A stretch of DNA of 64,000 nucleotides from an uncultured virus (IMG/VR IMGVR_UViG_3300042298_004026). Lineage: Duplodnaviria; Heunggongvirae; Uroviricota; Caudoviricetes. The translations under genes were made by a program, and so were the position numbers. Within the stretch, counting starts at the first letter, position 1, and every line of letters begins with the position of its first letter. Below, one piece after another: positions 55,495-64,000 of the stretch. The stretch lies in the IMG/VR virus record IMGVR_UViG_3300042298_004026; one strand, 5' to 3'. The notes under the pieces were generated by a model. The model was given only the letters and a program-made list of their open reading frames with translations. It had not been told where the DNA came from and made no database searches.

Positions 55495-56241
55495 ATGGCA
55501 ACAAACTTCTTCTTCAATAATTTTACAAGTAGCCAGGAACAAACGTTACTTGAAGATTTAATTATTGAATCGATAAAGATTCACGGTGTTGATGTAATTT
55601 ATCTACCTCGTAGCACAGGTACTGTTGATGCTGTTTTCAATGAAGATATAACACGTAGTTATGTTGCTGCTGTACCTATTGAGATGTATGTGAAGAATGT
55701 TGAGGGATTTGCAGGGGATGGTGACTTTCTCTCTAAGTTTAATTTAGAAATACGTGATCAGATAACGTTCACGGTTGCATTTCGCACATTCGCCAATGAA
55801 GTAATTGCTGCGGATACGACGACAGGGGATGCTACGAGAGACAGGCCGTTGGAAGGCGATCTGATTTATTTTCCATTCAATAAAAAAATATTTGAGATAC
55901 GTTTTGTTGAACATGAATCAGTGTTCTACCAATTGGGTTCTTTACAGATGTATGATCTCAAGTGCGAGTTATTCGAATACAACAACGAGTACTTTGGTAC
56001 GGGTGTACCAGATGTTGATCGCTTAATGTATAACTACTCTCTTGGTTCGGAACTGTATGGAATCAAAACAGAGAATAGCTATCTCATCACAACAGAGGAT
56101 GGGTATCCGTTACTACAAGAGGAATTCGACAGTAACGATCATGAAAACGATCCCTTATCCCAGAACGAGGAAATTGAAACAGTGGCTGATGGTATCATTG
56201 ACTTTACAGAACGCGATCCTTTTAGTGAGGGTACGTACTAA
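55495..56241 (+). CDS. gp14: Neck protein (T4 gp14-like)
   Basis: EQ.L.EDLIIESIKIHG.DV.YLPR...IEMY...RP.EGDLIYFP...FEI.FVEHE..FYQLG. Confidence 0.95.
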   Translation: MATNFFFNNFTSSQEQTLLEDLIIESIKIHGVDVIYLPRSTGTVDAVFNEDITRSYVAAVPIEMYVKNVEGFAGDGDFLSKFNLEIRDQITFTVAFRTFANEVIAADTTTGDATRDRPLEGDLIYFPFNKKIFEIRFVEHESVFYQLGSLQMYDLKCELFEYNNEYFGTGVPDVDRLMYNYSLGSELYGIKTENSYLITTEDGYPLLQEEFDSNDHENDPLSQNEEIETVADGIIDFTERDPFSEGTY

Positions 56242-57050
56242 TGTTCGGTCATGTTTATTATCATAGCTTGATACGGAAATATGTGGCCGTGTTCGGTACA
56301 CTATTTAACGACGTGTACCTGAATCGTTACGATACAGACTCAGATATGAGAACATCCATTAAAGTACCTATCACATATGGACCACGTGAAAAGGTGCTTG
56401 CACGGGCATTGGCTGATCCAGATTTGAATAGAATGCCTTCTATAACATTACCACGAATGACGTTCGAAATGACGTCATTGCAATATGCATCAAATCGTAA
56501 GCTAAACACAATTGGTAAGAGGGTTGTAAAAGATACAACCGATCCAAATCAGTTGAAGTACCAATACAATCCTGTTCCTTATGATATAAGTTTTACATTG
56601 TCTGTCATTACAAAGAATGCCGACGAAGGTGCTAACATAGTTGAGCAGATACTACCTTTTTTTACACCAGAGTGGACGACTTCTGTCGAACTGATACCAG
56701 AAATGGATTATGTCGCTGACATCCCTGTTGTTCTCGATAGAGTTAGTTGTATGGATGAATATGAGGGGGATTTTTTAAACAGACGCGCAATTATTTGGAC
56801 GTTAGATTTTACTATGAAGGTTTACATTCTAGGTCCAATAAGAAAGCAAGGTATTATCAAGTTTGCAAATACAAACATTTATGACTACACATCTTCACCC
56901 AACACTCATCTCTCAAGTGTCGATGTACGACCTGGCCTACTAGCAAATGGTTCACCAACAACCAATAGTGCTGCGACAGTCTCTATTGACTTAATTGAGT
57001 CAGATGATAATTATGGTTATATTGTTACAGTGACTAATCCAAATGAATAA
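56241..57050 (+). CDS. gp15: Tail sheath stabiliser/terminator (T4 gp15-like)
   Basis: YYH..IRKYV..FGTLFN...VPITYGP.EK...LPRM.FE...EQILPFF.P. Confidence 0.95.
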   Translation: MFGHVYYHSLIRKYVAVFGTLFNDVYLNRYDTDSDMRTSIKVPITYGPREKVLARALADPDLNRMPSITLPRMTFEMTSLQYASNRKLNTIGKRVVKDTTDPNQLKYQYNPVPYDISFTLSVITKNADEGANIVEQILPFFTPEWTTSVELIPEMDYVADIPVVLDRVSCMDEYEGDFLNRRAIIWTLDFTMKVYILGPIRKQGIIKFANTNIYDYTSSPNTHLSSVDVRPGLLANGSPTTNSAATVSIDLIESDDNYGYIVTVTNPNE

Positions 57051-57432
57051 TGACCCCATAGCCAATGCTCTTGATATAACACCACTTGCACCATCATCGC
57101 CAATTATTCAGCGATTTGAAGATAACCAAGTTGTTGATGATTTTGAGTTTGCAAGGACAAATCTAATTAATGCCATTGAGCAAGGGCAGACTGCGTTGGC
57201 TGATATTGTAACGGTCGCAGGCATGTCCCAACATCCTAGGGCATATGAGGTTGTTGCAACTTTGTTGAAAACTGTTGCAGATGCAAACAAGGACTTACTT
57301 GAATTGCAAAAACGAAAGAAAGACTTGACTGGTATTGGACCTGCCCCAACAACAGTGAATAATAACTTATTTGTTGGTAGTACGGCAGAACTCCAGCAAC
57401 TAATAAAGAAACAAAATGAGCAAGCTGGGTGA
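57043..57432 (+). CDS. gp16: Terminase small subunit (T4 gp16-like)
   Basis: DDFEFAR.NL...HPRAYEV...NNNLFVGST.ELQ. Confidence 0.93.
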   Translation: MNNDPIANALDITPLAPSSPIIQRFEDNQVVDDFEFARTNLINAIEQGQTALADIVTVAGMSQHPRAYEVVATLLKTVADANKDLLELQKRKKDLTGIGPAPTTVNNNLFVGSTAELQQLIKKQNEQAG

Positions 57433-59089
57433 TTCGTATCTAGGTAATCAAAATTTAAAAAGATCAAATGTAAAAATTGCTTGGACACCTGATCAAGTTC
57501 GGGAGTGGTTGAGGTGTGCTCAAGATCCTGTTTACTTTGTTGAGACCTATGTTAAGATTGTTAATATAGATAAAGGTCTTGTTAATTTTAACTTGTATGA
57601 TTATCAACGTAATATTGTTGAGACTGCCGTTGAGGATCGTTTTGTAATATGTAAGATGCCGCGTCAGTGCGGTAAGACAACCACAATCGTAGGTGTTATG
57701 TTGTGGTATGTTTTGTTCCATCAGAACTATAGCGTAGCTATCCTTGCTCATAAGCTCCAACAAGCTCGTGAAATACTTTCACGTATACAACTTGCATATG
57801 AACATTTACCAAAGTGGATTCAGCAAGGTATTGTTGAATGGAACAAAGGTAATCTTGAGCTTGAAAACGGATCTAAAATCCTAGCTTCTGCAACATCATC
57901 GTCAGCTATACGAGGTGGATCGTTCAACTTAGTTTATTTGGATGAGTTTGCGTTCGTTGAAAACAATATGCAAGAAGACTTTTTTGCATCTGTGTATCCT
58001 ACTATTTCATCAGGCACTACTTCCAAAGTACTAATCACATCCACACCCAACGGTTTGAATATGTTCTACAAACTATGGGTAGACAGCGAGGAAGGCAAGA
58101 ACGACTACACGCGTATCGACGTTCACTGGAGTCAAATGCCGGGTCGTGATGAGAAGTGGAAACAAGAAACGATACGCAATACATCTGAAGATCAGTTCCG
58201 CGTCGAGTTCGAGTGTGAATTCATTGGTTCATCGCATACATTGATAAGTGCAACAAAGCTAAGAGTTTTAAGATCAATTCAACCAATTTTAAGTAATCCT
58301 GATACACGAATTTATGCGCAGCCTATTGCAGGCAGACAATATTTTACAGTTGTTGATACAGCACGGGGTGTGGAGGGCGATTATTCTGCGTTTATTGTTT
58401 TTGATGTATCGGAGCTTCCGTATCGTATTGTTGCTACGTATAAGAATAATATGGTTTCACCTCTGTTGTATCCAAATATTGTTTTCCAGCTTTCAAAACA
58501 TTACAACAACGCTTATGTACTTGTTGAGACAAATGATATTGGTGAACAGATTGCAAACATACTCCAACACGATCTGGAATATGAAGGCATTCTTACGACA
58601 GTTAATAATGGTCGTAGCGGCCAAGTAATATCACCTGGGTTTGGGCAACAAACAAGACTTGGTGTTCGAACAACAAAAGCCGTCAAACGTATTGGTTGTA
58701 TGGGACTGAAGACACAGGTTGAGTCAGATAAACTCATCATTAACGATGACCGCGTCTTGTATGAATTGTTTCGTTTTGTAAATATTGGTGAGAGTTACGA
58801 AGCGGAGGAAGGTCATGATGACCTAGTGATGTGTTGTGTTCTATTTGCGTGGGCAATGGGACAAACATATGTCAAGGAATTAACAAGTGTTGATTTACGA
58901 CAGAAGTTAGAAGAAGAAACAGAGACCGCGCTAGAAGAAAGTATGATGCCTATCGGTATTATTGATAGAGGCGAAGCTGCAGACCTGTTAGTAGTTGCAA
59001 CAAAGAAGAACGACGATTCATGGATTTTTGCTGGCGATGATGACTTTGACGCACGAATGATGTCAAAGCATGAAGCCGCGTTCCACTAA
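57416..59089 (+). CDS. gp17: Terminase large subunit (T4 gp17-like)
   Basis: Walker A PRQCGKTT, Walker B LVYLDEFA, TSTPNG, nuclease acidic residues (VDTARG, HDDLVM). Confidence 0.98.
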   Translation: MSKLGDSYLGNQNLKRSNVKIAWTPDQVREWLRCAQDPVYFVETYVKIVNIDKGLVNFNLYDYQRNIVETAVEDRFVICKMPRQCGKTTTIVGVMLWYVLFHQNYSVAILAHKLQQAREILSRIQLAYEHLPKWIQQGIVEWNKGNLELENGSKILASATSSSAIRGGSFNLVYLDEFAFVENNMQEDFFASVYPTISSGTTSKVLITSTPNGLNMFYKLWVDSEEGKNDYTRIDVHWSQMPGRDEKWKQETIRNTSEDQFRVEFECEFIGSSHTLISATKLRVLRSIQPILSNPDTRIYAQPIAGRQYFTVVDTARGVEGDYSAFIVFDVSELPYRIVATYKNNMVSPLLYPNIVFQLSKHYNNAYVLVETNDIGEQIANILQHDLEYEGILTTVNNGRSGQVISPGFGQQTRLGVRTTKAVKRIGCMGLKTQVESDKLIINDDRVLYELFRFVNIGESYEAEEGHDDLVMCCVLFAWAMGQTYVKELTSVDLRQKLEEETETALEESMMPIGIIDRGEAADLLVVATKKNDDSWIFAGDDDFDARMMSKHEAAFH

Positions 59090-59107
59090 AATTAGAATCC
59101 CCAAAAT

Positions 59108-59115
59108 TATAAATA
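59108..59115 (+). promoter_or_regulatory. T4-type late promoter TATAAATA upstream of gp18
   Basis: Exact motif in the gp17-gp18 intergenic region. Confidence 0.8.
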
Positions 59116-59168
59116 CCATCGATTATCTTAATCTTTACAAATAAAAAACCTCAGAGGGGAGAATAGTC

Positions 59169-61283
59169 ATGCCATTTCAAGTCAGTCCTGGCGTAAACGT
59201 CACTGAAATTGACCTAACAACGGTCGTCCCCGCAGTATCTACAACCGAAGGTGCCCTTGCCGGCGTGTTTCGTTGGGGTCCTGTCGGTACTCGTGTGTTG
59301 GTTGATTCAGAGATCAATTTAGTTGCTAGATTCGGAAAGCCTACAAATCATAACGCAGAAACATTTTTTACAGCAGCAAATTTTCTTGCGTATGGAAATA
59401 AACTGTACCTAACACGTGTCGCAAACACGACATCTACGAATTCCAATACTGTCTGTCGTAACGCTATTGCCAATTCAGCAAACGTTTCGGACTGGTCGGA
59501 TGCCAATGGCGACACATCAACAGATAATGCGTTATATGTTGTTAAGAATGAAGATTACTGGGACGCAGAATCAGATACTATTCAGACGTCTGGTGACACA
59601 GATGTCAAGTATATTGCTAGATGGCCAGGTAAGCTAGGTAATTCGTTGAAAATTTCTGTTTGCCCAAGCTCTGATGCCTATTCAAAAATATATGATCTTG
59701 CAAACAACGGTACAGCAGACTACATCAGCGCTGTAAGTAATGTTGCTTTTGTTATTGGTAGCAACAGCGCAACTGTTTCTATTACTGTTGGTTCTAGTGG
59801 AACGATTGCAAATACAGTCGGATATGCAACAACAATCTCCAGCGGTATCACGGTTGGTGATATTGTTGAAGCAGGAAACAGTACTGTCGGAATCCAATAT
59901 ATGCGTGTAACAAATGTTGGCGCGGTTTCAAACTCAGCCACGGTTGCATCGTTTGCAGTATCGTTTGAGGACGTATATGGGTTATCTCAAAACGTCAGCT
60001 CGAGCACGTTGACACGTAAGTGGGAATATTGGAACGCTGTTGATACAGCACCTGGTCAATCGACCTATCAGGCCTCGTTTGGTAACACAAGCGCGGATGA
60101 CGAACTGCATGTTATCGTTGCGGACGAAGACGGTGAATTCACAGGTGTTCCAGGTACAATCCTGGAAGTGTTCCGTAGTGTATCTCGAGCAAGTGATGCA
60201 AAAACAGAAGATGGATCTGCAAACTATTATAAAACAGTTATCGATCAGTCGTCTGCTTACATCTGGGTTCTGAATCATCTAACTGGTGCAGCGAACGGAA
60301 CAGCAGCAACACTTGCTGATCCAACAGCAACAAAACCTGTCACGCTTTCTTTCCAAGGTGGTCGTGACGGCGATACAGAAGCAGGTATTTCAGTTGGTAT
60401 TATACTAGGTGGTTATGATCTTTATTCATCTGCTGAAGATGTTGATGTATCGTTGATTCTGACGGGTAAGTCGAAGGGCGGTACACATGGTGAACAGATT
60501 GCTAATTACTTAATCGACAATGTTGCCGAAAAGCGTAAGGATTGCGTTGTGTTTGTGTCTCCACAAAAAGACGATGTAGTCAACAACGCTGGAGATGAGG
60601 CGGATGATGTTGTTGAGTTCCGTAACGTGTTGCGTAGCACATCTTATGCGGTTCTAGACTCGGGTTACAAATATCAATACGACAAATACAACGACATCTA
60701 TCGTTGGATTCCGCTGAACGGTGACACAGCTGGTTTGTGTGTTCGTACAGATGAAACCAGAGATGCGTGGTTCTCGCCAGCTGGCTTTAACAGAGGCCAA
60801 ATTAAGAATATCGTTAAGCTAGCATTCAATCCAAGACAAGCTGCTCGTGACATCCTGTATAAGGCTGGTGTTAACCCTGTTGTTACGTTCCCTGGTCAGG
60901 GTACTATTCTGTATGGCGATAAGACGCTGCTTTCGAAACCAAGCGCGTTTGATCGTATCAATGTTCGTCGCCTCTTCATCGTACTAGAAAAAGCTATTGC
61001 GACCGCTGCTAAATTCACATTGTTTGAGTTCAACGATGAATTTACACGAGCACAGTTCCGTAATCTTGTAGAACCGTTCCTACGTGATGTTCAAGGTCGT
61101 CGTGGCATTTATGATTTCAAAGTCGTATGCGACACTACGAATAATACAGGTGAAGTTATCGACCGTAATGAATTTATAGGTGACATCTATATTAAGCCAG
61201 CTCGTAGTATTAACTTTATCCAGCTCAACTTTATTGCAGTAAGAACGGGTGTTGAGTTCTCCGAAGTCGTCGGTCAGTTTTAA
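59169..61283 (+). CDS. gp18: Tail sheath protein (T4 gp18-like)
   Basis: SPGVNVTEIDLT...WGP...WFSPAGFNRG...FDRINVRRLF...IKPARSINFI.LNF. Confidence 0.98.
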   Translation: MPFQVSPGVNVTEIDLTTVVPAVSTTEGALAGVFRWGPVGTRVLVDSEINLVARFGKPTNHNAETFFTAANFLAYGNKLYLTRVANTTSTNSNTVCRNAIANSANVSDWSDANGDTSTDNALYVVKNEDYWDAESDTIQTSGDTDVKYIARWPGKLGNSLKISVCPSSDAYSKIYDLANNGTADYISAVSNVAFVIGSNSATVSITVGSSGTIANTVGYATTISSGITVGDIVEAGNSTVGIQYMRVTNVGAVSNSATVASFAVSFEDVYGLSQNVSSSTLTRKWEYWNAVDTAPGQSTYQASFGNTSADDELHVIVADEDGEFTGVPGTILEVFRSVSRASDAKTEDGSANYYKTVIDQSSAYIWVLNHLTGAANGTAATLADPTATKPVTLSFQGGRDGDTEAGISVGIILGGYDLYSSAEDVDVSLILTGKSKGGTHGEQIANYLIDNVAEKRKDCVVFVSPQKDDVVNNAGDEADDVVEFRNVLRSTSYAVLDSGYKYQYDKYNDIYRWIPLNGDTAGLCVRTDETRDAWFSPAGFNRGQIKNIVKLAFNPRQAARDILYKAGVNPVVTFPGQGTILYGDKTLLSKPSAFDRINVRRLFIVLEKAIATAAKFTLFEFNDEFTRAQFRNLVEPFLRDVQGRRGIYDFKVVCDTTNNTGEVIDRNEFIGDIYIKPARSINFIQLNFIAVRTGVEFSEVVGQF

Positions 61284-61311
61284 TAATAAATAAGAACAAA
61301 GGAGAACAAAC

Positions 61312-61863
61312 ATGGCATTCAACGTAAATGAAATTAGAAGTCAGCTAACACTGGGGGGAGCACGTGGCTCCCTTTTCCAGGTGACTTTTAGTAATCCTGC
61401 AAATAGTGTTGCTGATATTAAGGTGCCTTTCATGGTACGCGCAGCACAGATTCCTGAATCGACACTAGGTACTATCGAAGTGCCTTACTTTGGTCGTAAA
61501 GTAAGGCTAGCTGGTGACAGAACTTTCGGTGATTGGTCGGTCACAATTATCAATGATGAAGATTTCCTTATTCGTAATGCTATGGAAGAATGGTCAAACA
61601 GAATCAATTCGCTAGAGGGTAATTTAAGAGTATTTGGTGCTGCAGCACCGTTACTATATAAATCAACAGCGGAAGTTACTCAGTTTTCGAAAACCGGTGT
61701 TCCTATTCGTTCGTATAAATTTAATGGCATCTATCCTTCGTCTGTTTCGTCAATTGATTTGAACTGGGCCGACACAGATTCGATTGAAGAGTTTCAGGTT
61801 ACCTTCCAGTATGACTGGTGGGAAGTGAGTGGCGGTATTACTGGCACAGCCGGTGGCGCCTAA
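61312..61863 (+). CDS. gp19: Tail tube protein (T4 gp19-like)
   Basis: GGAR..LF.V...GRKV.LAGDRTF..W.VT..NDEDF..R...EEF.VTF.YDWW. AATAAATA at 61285. Confidence 0.97.
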   Translation: MAFNVNEIRSQLTLGGARGSLFQVTFSNPANSVADIKVPFMVRAAQIPESTLGTIEVPYFGRKVRLAGDRTFGDWSVTIINDEDFLIRNAMEEWSNRINSLEGNLRVFGAAAPLLYKSTAEVTQFSKTGVPIRSYKFNGIYPSSVSSIDLNWADTDSIEEFQVTFQYDWWEVSGGITGTAGGA

Positions 61864-61864
61864 C

Positions 61865-61897
61865 AGAAGATGAGCGACGCCAGTCGCTCTCTTCTTT
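61865..61897 (+). terminator. Rho-independent terminator after gp19
   Basis: AGAAGA-T-GAGCGAC-gcca-GTCGCTC-TCTTCTTT hairpin followed by a T-rich tail. Confidence 0.7.
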
Positions 61898-61909
61898 AAT
61901 GGAGTAGTT

Positions 61910-63532
61910 ATGGCAAACCTGTTTGGATTTGAGATCCGTCGCAAGGTCGATCCAGAAGTTGAGCAAAAACAGCAACCAACTTTTGCACCAGAAGTCACAG
62001 ATGATGGTGCAGTTGTTGTTGCAGCTGGTGGTGCTTATGGTACATACATTGATTTACAAGGTGCAGCACGTACAGAGGCTGAGCTTGTTACCAAATACAG
62101 AGAAATGTCACAGCACCCAGAAGTGGAGCGTGCTGTTGATGATGTTATTAACGAAGCAATTGTTAATGATCCAGACCAAGACACAATCAGTATTGATCTG
62201 GAAGAAACAAAACTATCACCCAACATTAAAAAACTAATCACGCAAGAATTTGAAAATGTTCTTGATTTATTAAGTTTTGAAAAGACGGGATTTGATCTAT
62301 TTCGTAGATGGTATGTTGATGGGCGAATGTACTATCACGTTGTGATTGACGTTACAAAACCAGGCGATGGTATTAAAGAGCTACGGTATATTGACCCACG
62401 CAAGCTGCGAAAAGTACGTGAAGTCACCCGCCGCCGGAACAAAAATTCTGTTACCTCACAGACGGAAGTTGTACAAGAATACTTCATATACAATGAAAAA
62501 GGATTCCAGAACAAAGCCGGTGAAGTTGGTACTGCCAGCAATGTTCAAGGATTAAAGATAGCGCTCGACAGTATTGTTCATGTTACGTCGGGCCTTACCG
62601 ACACAAACAGTACACTTGTTTTGTCACATCTTCATAAAGCGATAAAACCATTAAATCAACTCAGAGCTTTAGAAGACGCCACAATCATATACAGAATATC
62701 AAGAGCACCAGAGCGTCGTATATTTTATATTGATGTTGGTAACCTGCCAAAAATGAAAGCAGAACAGTACCTACGCGATATGATGATTCGTCATAAAAAT
62801 AAGATCGTATATGACTCATCTACTGGTGAGATACGCGACGACCGTAAATTTATGACGATGTTAGAAGATTATTGGTTCCCAAGACGAGAAGGTAGCAGGG
62901 GTACAGAGATTTCAACTCTACCGGCTGGTCAAAACCTCGGAGAGTTACAGGACGTCGAATACTTTCAAAAGAAATTATACGAGTCGTTGAACGTTCCAAC
63001 ATCACGTCTTCAGTCAGACAACACATTTATGTTGGGTAACCAAGACGCTCAGATATCTCGTGATGAGATGAAATTTGCCAAATTTATTGATAGAGTGAGG
63101 ACAAGGTTTAATCATTTATTTCTTGAAGCTCTCTCGAAACAATTAGTGTTGAAAAACATAATGACTATCGAAGAGTGGGAACAGATACAAAATAAAGTCA
63201 CCTTCAATTATGCGAAGGACAATTTTTATGAAGAGCAGAAGAATGCATTGATTCTTCGCGACCGTCTTACTTCTTTGCAGACAATGGAACCATACATTGG
63301 TCGATATTTCTCTAATGATTGGGTACGTAAGCATGTTCTGTATCAAACAGAAGATGATATCGATGAGATGAATAAGCAAGTGAAAAAAGAGATGAAGGAT
63401 CCCCTATACCAGATGCAGGTAGATACTGAGGGTACTCCTGTGGACAGCGCTCGTCCGCTCGCAAGTACAACTGCTCAAGGACCTCAACCTGGTGGAGTCA
63501 GTTCCGTAGCTCCTGGTGATCAAAATAACTAA
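61910..63532 (+). CDS. gp20: Portal protein (T4 gp20-like)
   Basis: LFGF...FRRWYVDGR...IYRISRAPERRIFYIDVGNLPK.KAEQYL...EDYW.PRREG..GTEI.TLP.GQNLG. Confidence 0.98.
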   Translation: MANLFGFEIRRKVDPEVEQKQQPTFAPEVTDDGAVVVAAGGAYGTYIDLQGAARTEAELVTKYREMSQHPEVERAVDDVINEAIVNDPDQDTISIDLEETKLSPNIKKLITQEFENVLDLLSFEKTGFDLFRRWYVDGRMYYHVVIDVTKPGDGIKELRYIDPRKLRKVREVTRRRNKNSVTSQTEVVQEYFIYNEKGFQNKAGEVGTASNVQGLKIALDSIVHVTSGLTDTNSTLVLSHLHKAIKPLNQLRALEDATIIYRISRAPERRIFYIDVGNLPKMKAEQYLRDMMIRHKNKIVYDSSTGEIRDDRKFMTMLEDYWFPRREGSRGTEISTLPAGQNLGELQDVEYFQKKLYESLNVPTSRLQSDNTFMLGNQDAQISRDEMKFAKFIDRVRTRFNHLFLEALSKQLVLKNIMTIEEWEQIQNKVTFNYAKDNFYEEQKNALILRDRLTSLQTMEPYIGRYFSNDWVRKHVLYQTEDDIDEMNKQVKKEMKDPLYQMQVDTEGTPVDSARPLASTTAQGPQPGGVSSVAPGDQNN

Positions 63533-63547
63533 ATAATTGGAGGAATT

Positions 63548-63826
63548 ATGACTGATAAACAATTTACTATTGCAGATATGATTGGAGCCGTAAACGATGA
63601 GAGTCCGAGTGGTTTTCAGGCTGCATTCAACTCATTAGTACTTGATAAGATACAAGATGCAATCAGTGCAAAGAAAGCAGAGATTGCAAGTAATTATTTT
63701 AACTACGAAGACGAAACAGAAGAAGAGGAAGACACGGAAGAAGAAACCTCAGACGCTGAAAGTAACGAAGGAACCGACGATGAAGACACTGAAACAGTTG
63801 CTGGAAAAGAAGACGGACAAAGCTGA
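63548..63826 (+). CDS. Prohead core protein (gp67-like), acidic
   Basis: Small helical protein with a Glu/Asp tail directly after the portal gene. ACTAAATA and GGAGG upstream. Confidence 0.65.
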   Translation: MTDKQFTIADMIGAVNDESPSGFQAAFNSLVLDKIQDAISAKKAEIASNYFNYEDETEEEEDTEEETSDAESNEGTDDEDTETVAGKEDGQS

Positions 63827-64000
63827 ACCAACGGCTCCTATTGAGCCTGATTCAGTTACTTCGTACGTTCCTAAATCAAAGGACGAGAAGCGCTTCATGG
63901 ACAAGCATGTCGTTCAAAAGATAGACGACGCTAATGGCAATGGAGATGATGTCTTTCGTGGTTCAAACATTAAGGCATATGATCGGTCTACGACAAGACA
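63780..64000 (+). CDS. Hypothetical head-region protein (3'-truncated by window edge)
   Basis: Open frame MKTLKQLLEK...YVPKSKDEKRFMDKH...DDVFRG runs to the window end. Not in the ORF track. Confidence 0.55.
   Translation, partial: MKTLKQLLEKKTDKAEPTAPIEPDSVTSYVPKSKDEKRFMDKHVVQKIDDANGNGDDVFRGSNIKAYDRSTTR

Noticed and set aside
57416..63532. Introns, inteins or homing endonucleases in terminase, sheath or portal genes
   Set aside because: The genes are continuous and of ordinary length, with no recognisable intein or endonuclease motifs.
1..64000. Stop-codon reassignment
   Set aside because: Core genes are full length under the standard code. TAA, TGA and TAG all terminate genes, and no suppressor tRNA is present.

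Overview
This 64 kb window is part of a large, AT-rich T4-like myophage genome (T4 superfamily gene order, standard genetic code). From left to right it contains: (1) an accessory cluster with a radical-SAM/SPASM gene, five putative Fe(II)/2OG oxygenase-like genes, three tRNAs (Ile-UAU, Arg-UCU, Leu-UAA) and a YkuK/RNase H-like gene; (2) gp33-gp59-gp32; (3) a minus-strand tail block with two tape-measure-like genes (one carrying a T4-lysozyme domain), gp51, gp26, a gp54-like gene, gp2 and gp4; (4) the baseplate operon (gp48, gp53, gp27-like, gp5, gp25, gp6, gp7, gp8, a split VrlC-like gene); (5) fibre-like genes; (6) two giant [F/Y/W]-x-G-x tetrapeptide-repeat proteins followed by two glycosyltransferases, an oxygenase and a methyltransferase; (7) the neck, terminase, sheath, tube and portal block (gp13-gp20, gp67). 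The most striking signal is in the tetrapeptide arrays. They are inserted into a loop of a repeated globular module, and in the 2142-aa protein the internal tandem duplications are mirror-matched in period and copy number (28/40/24 aa, then 24/40/28 aa) around a conserved central motif. This suggests a giant out-and-back hairpin fibre whose two arms co-expand. Other notable signals are a probable -1 frameshift joining gp26 to gp51, dense N-x-S/T sequons in virion proteins near glycosyltransferase genes, and a long-variable-arm tRNA-Ile(UAU). All product calls come from motif recognition and synteny; no database search was run.
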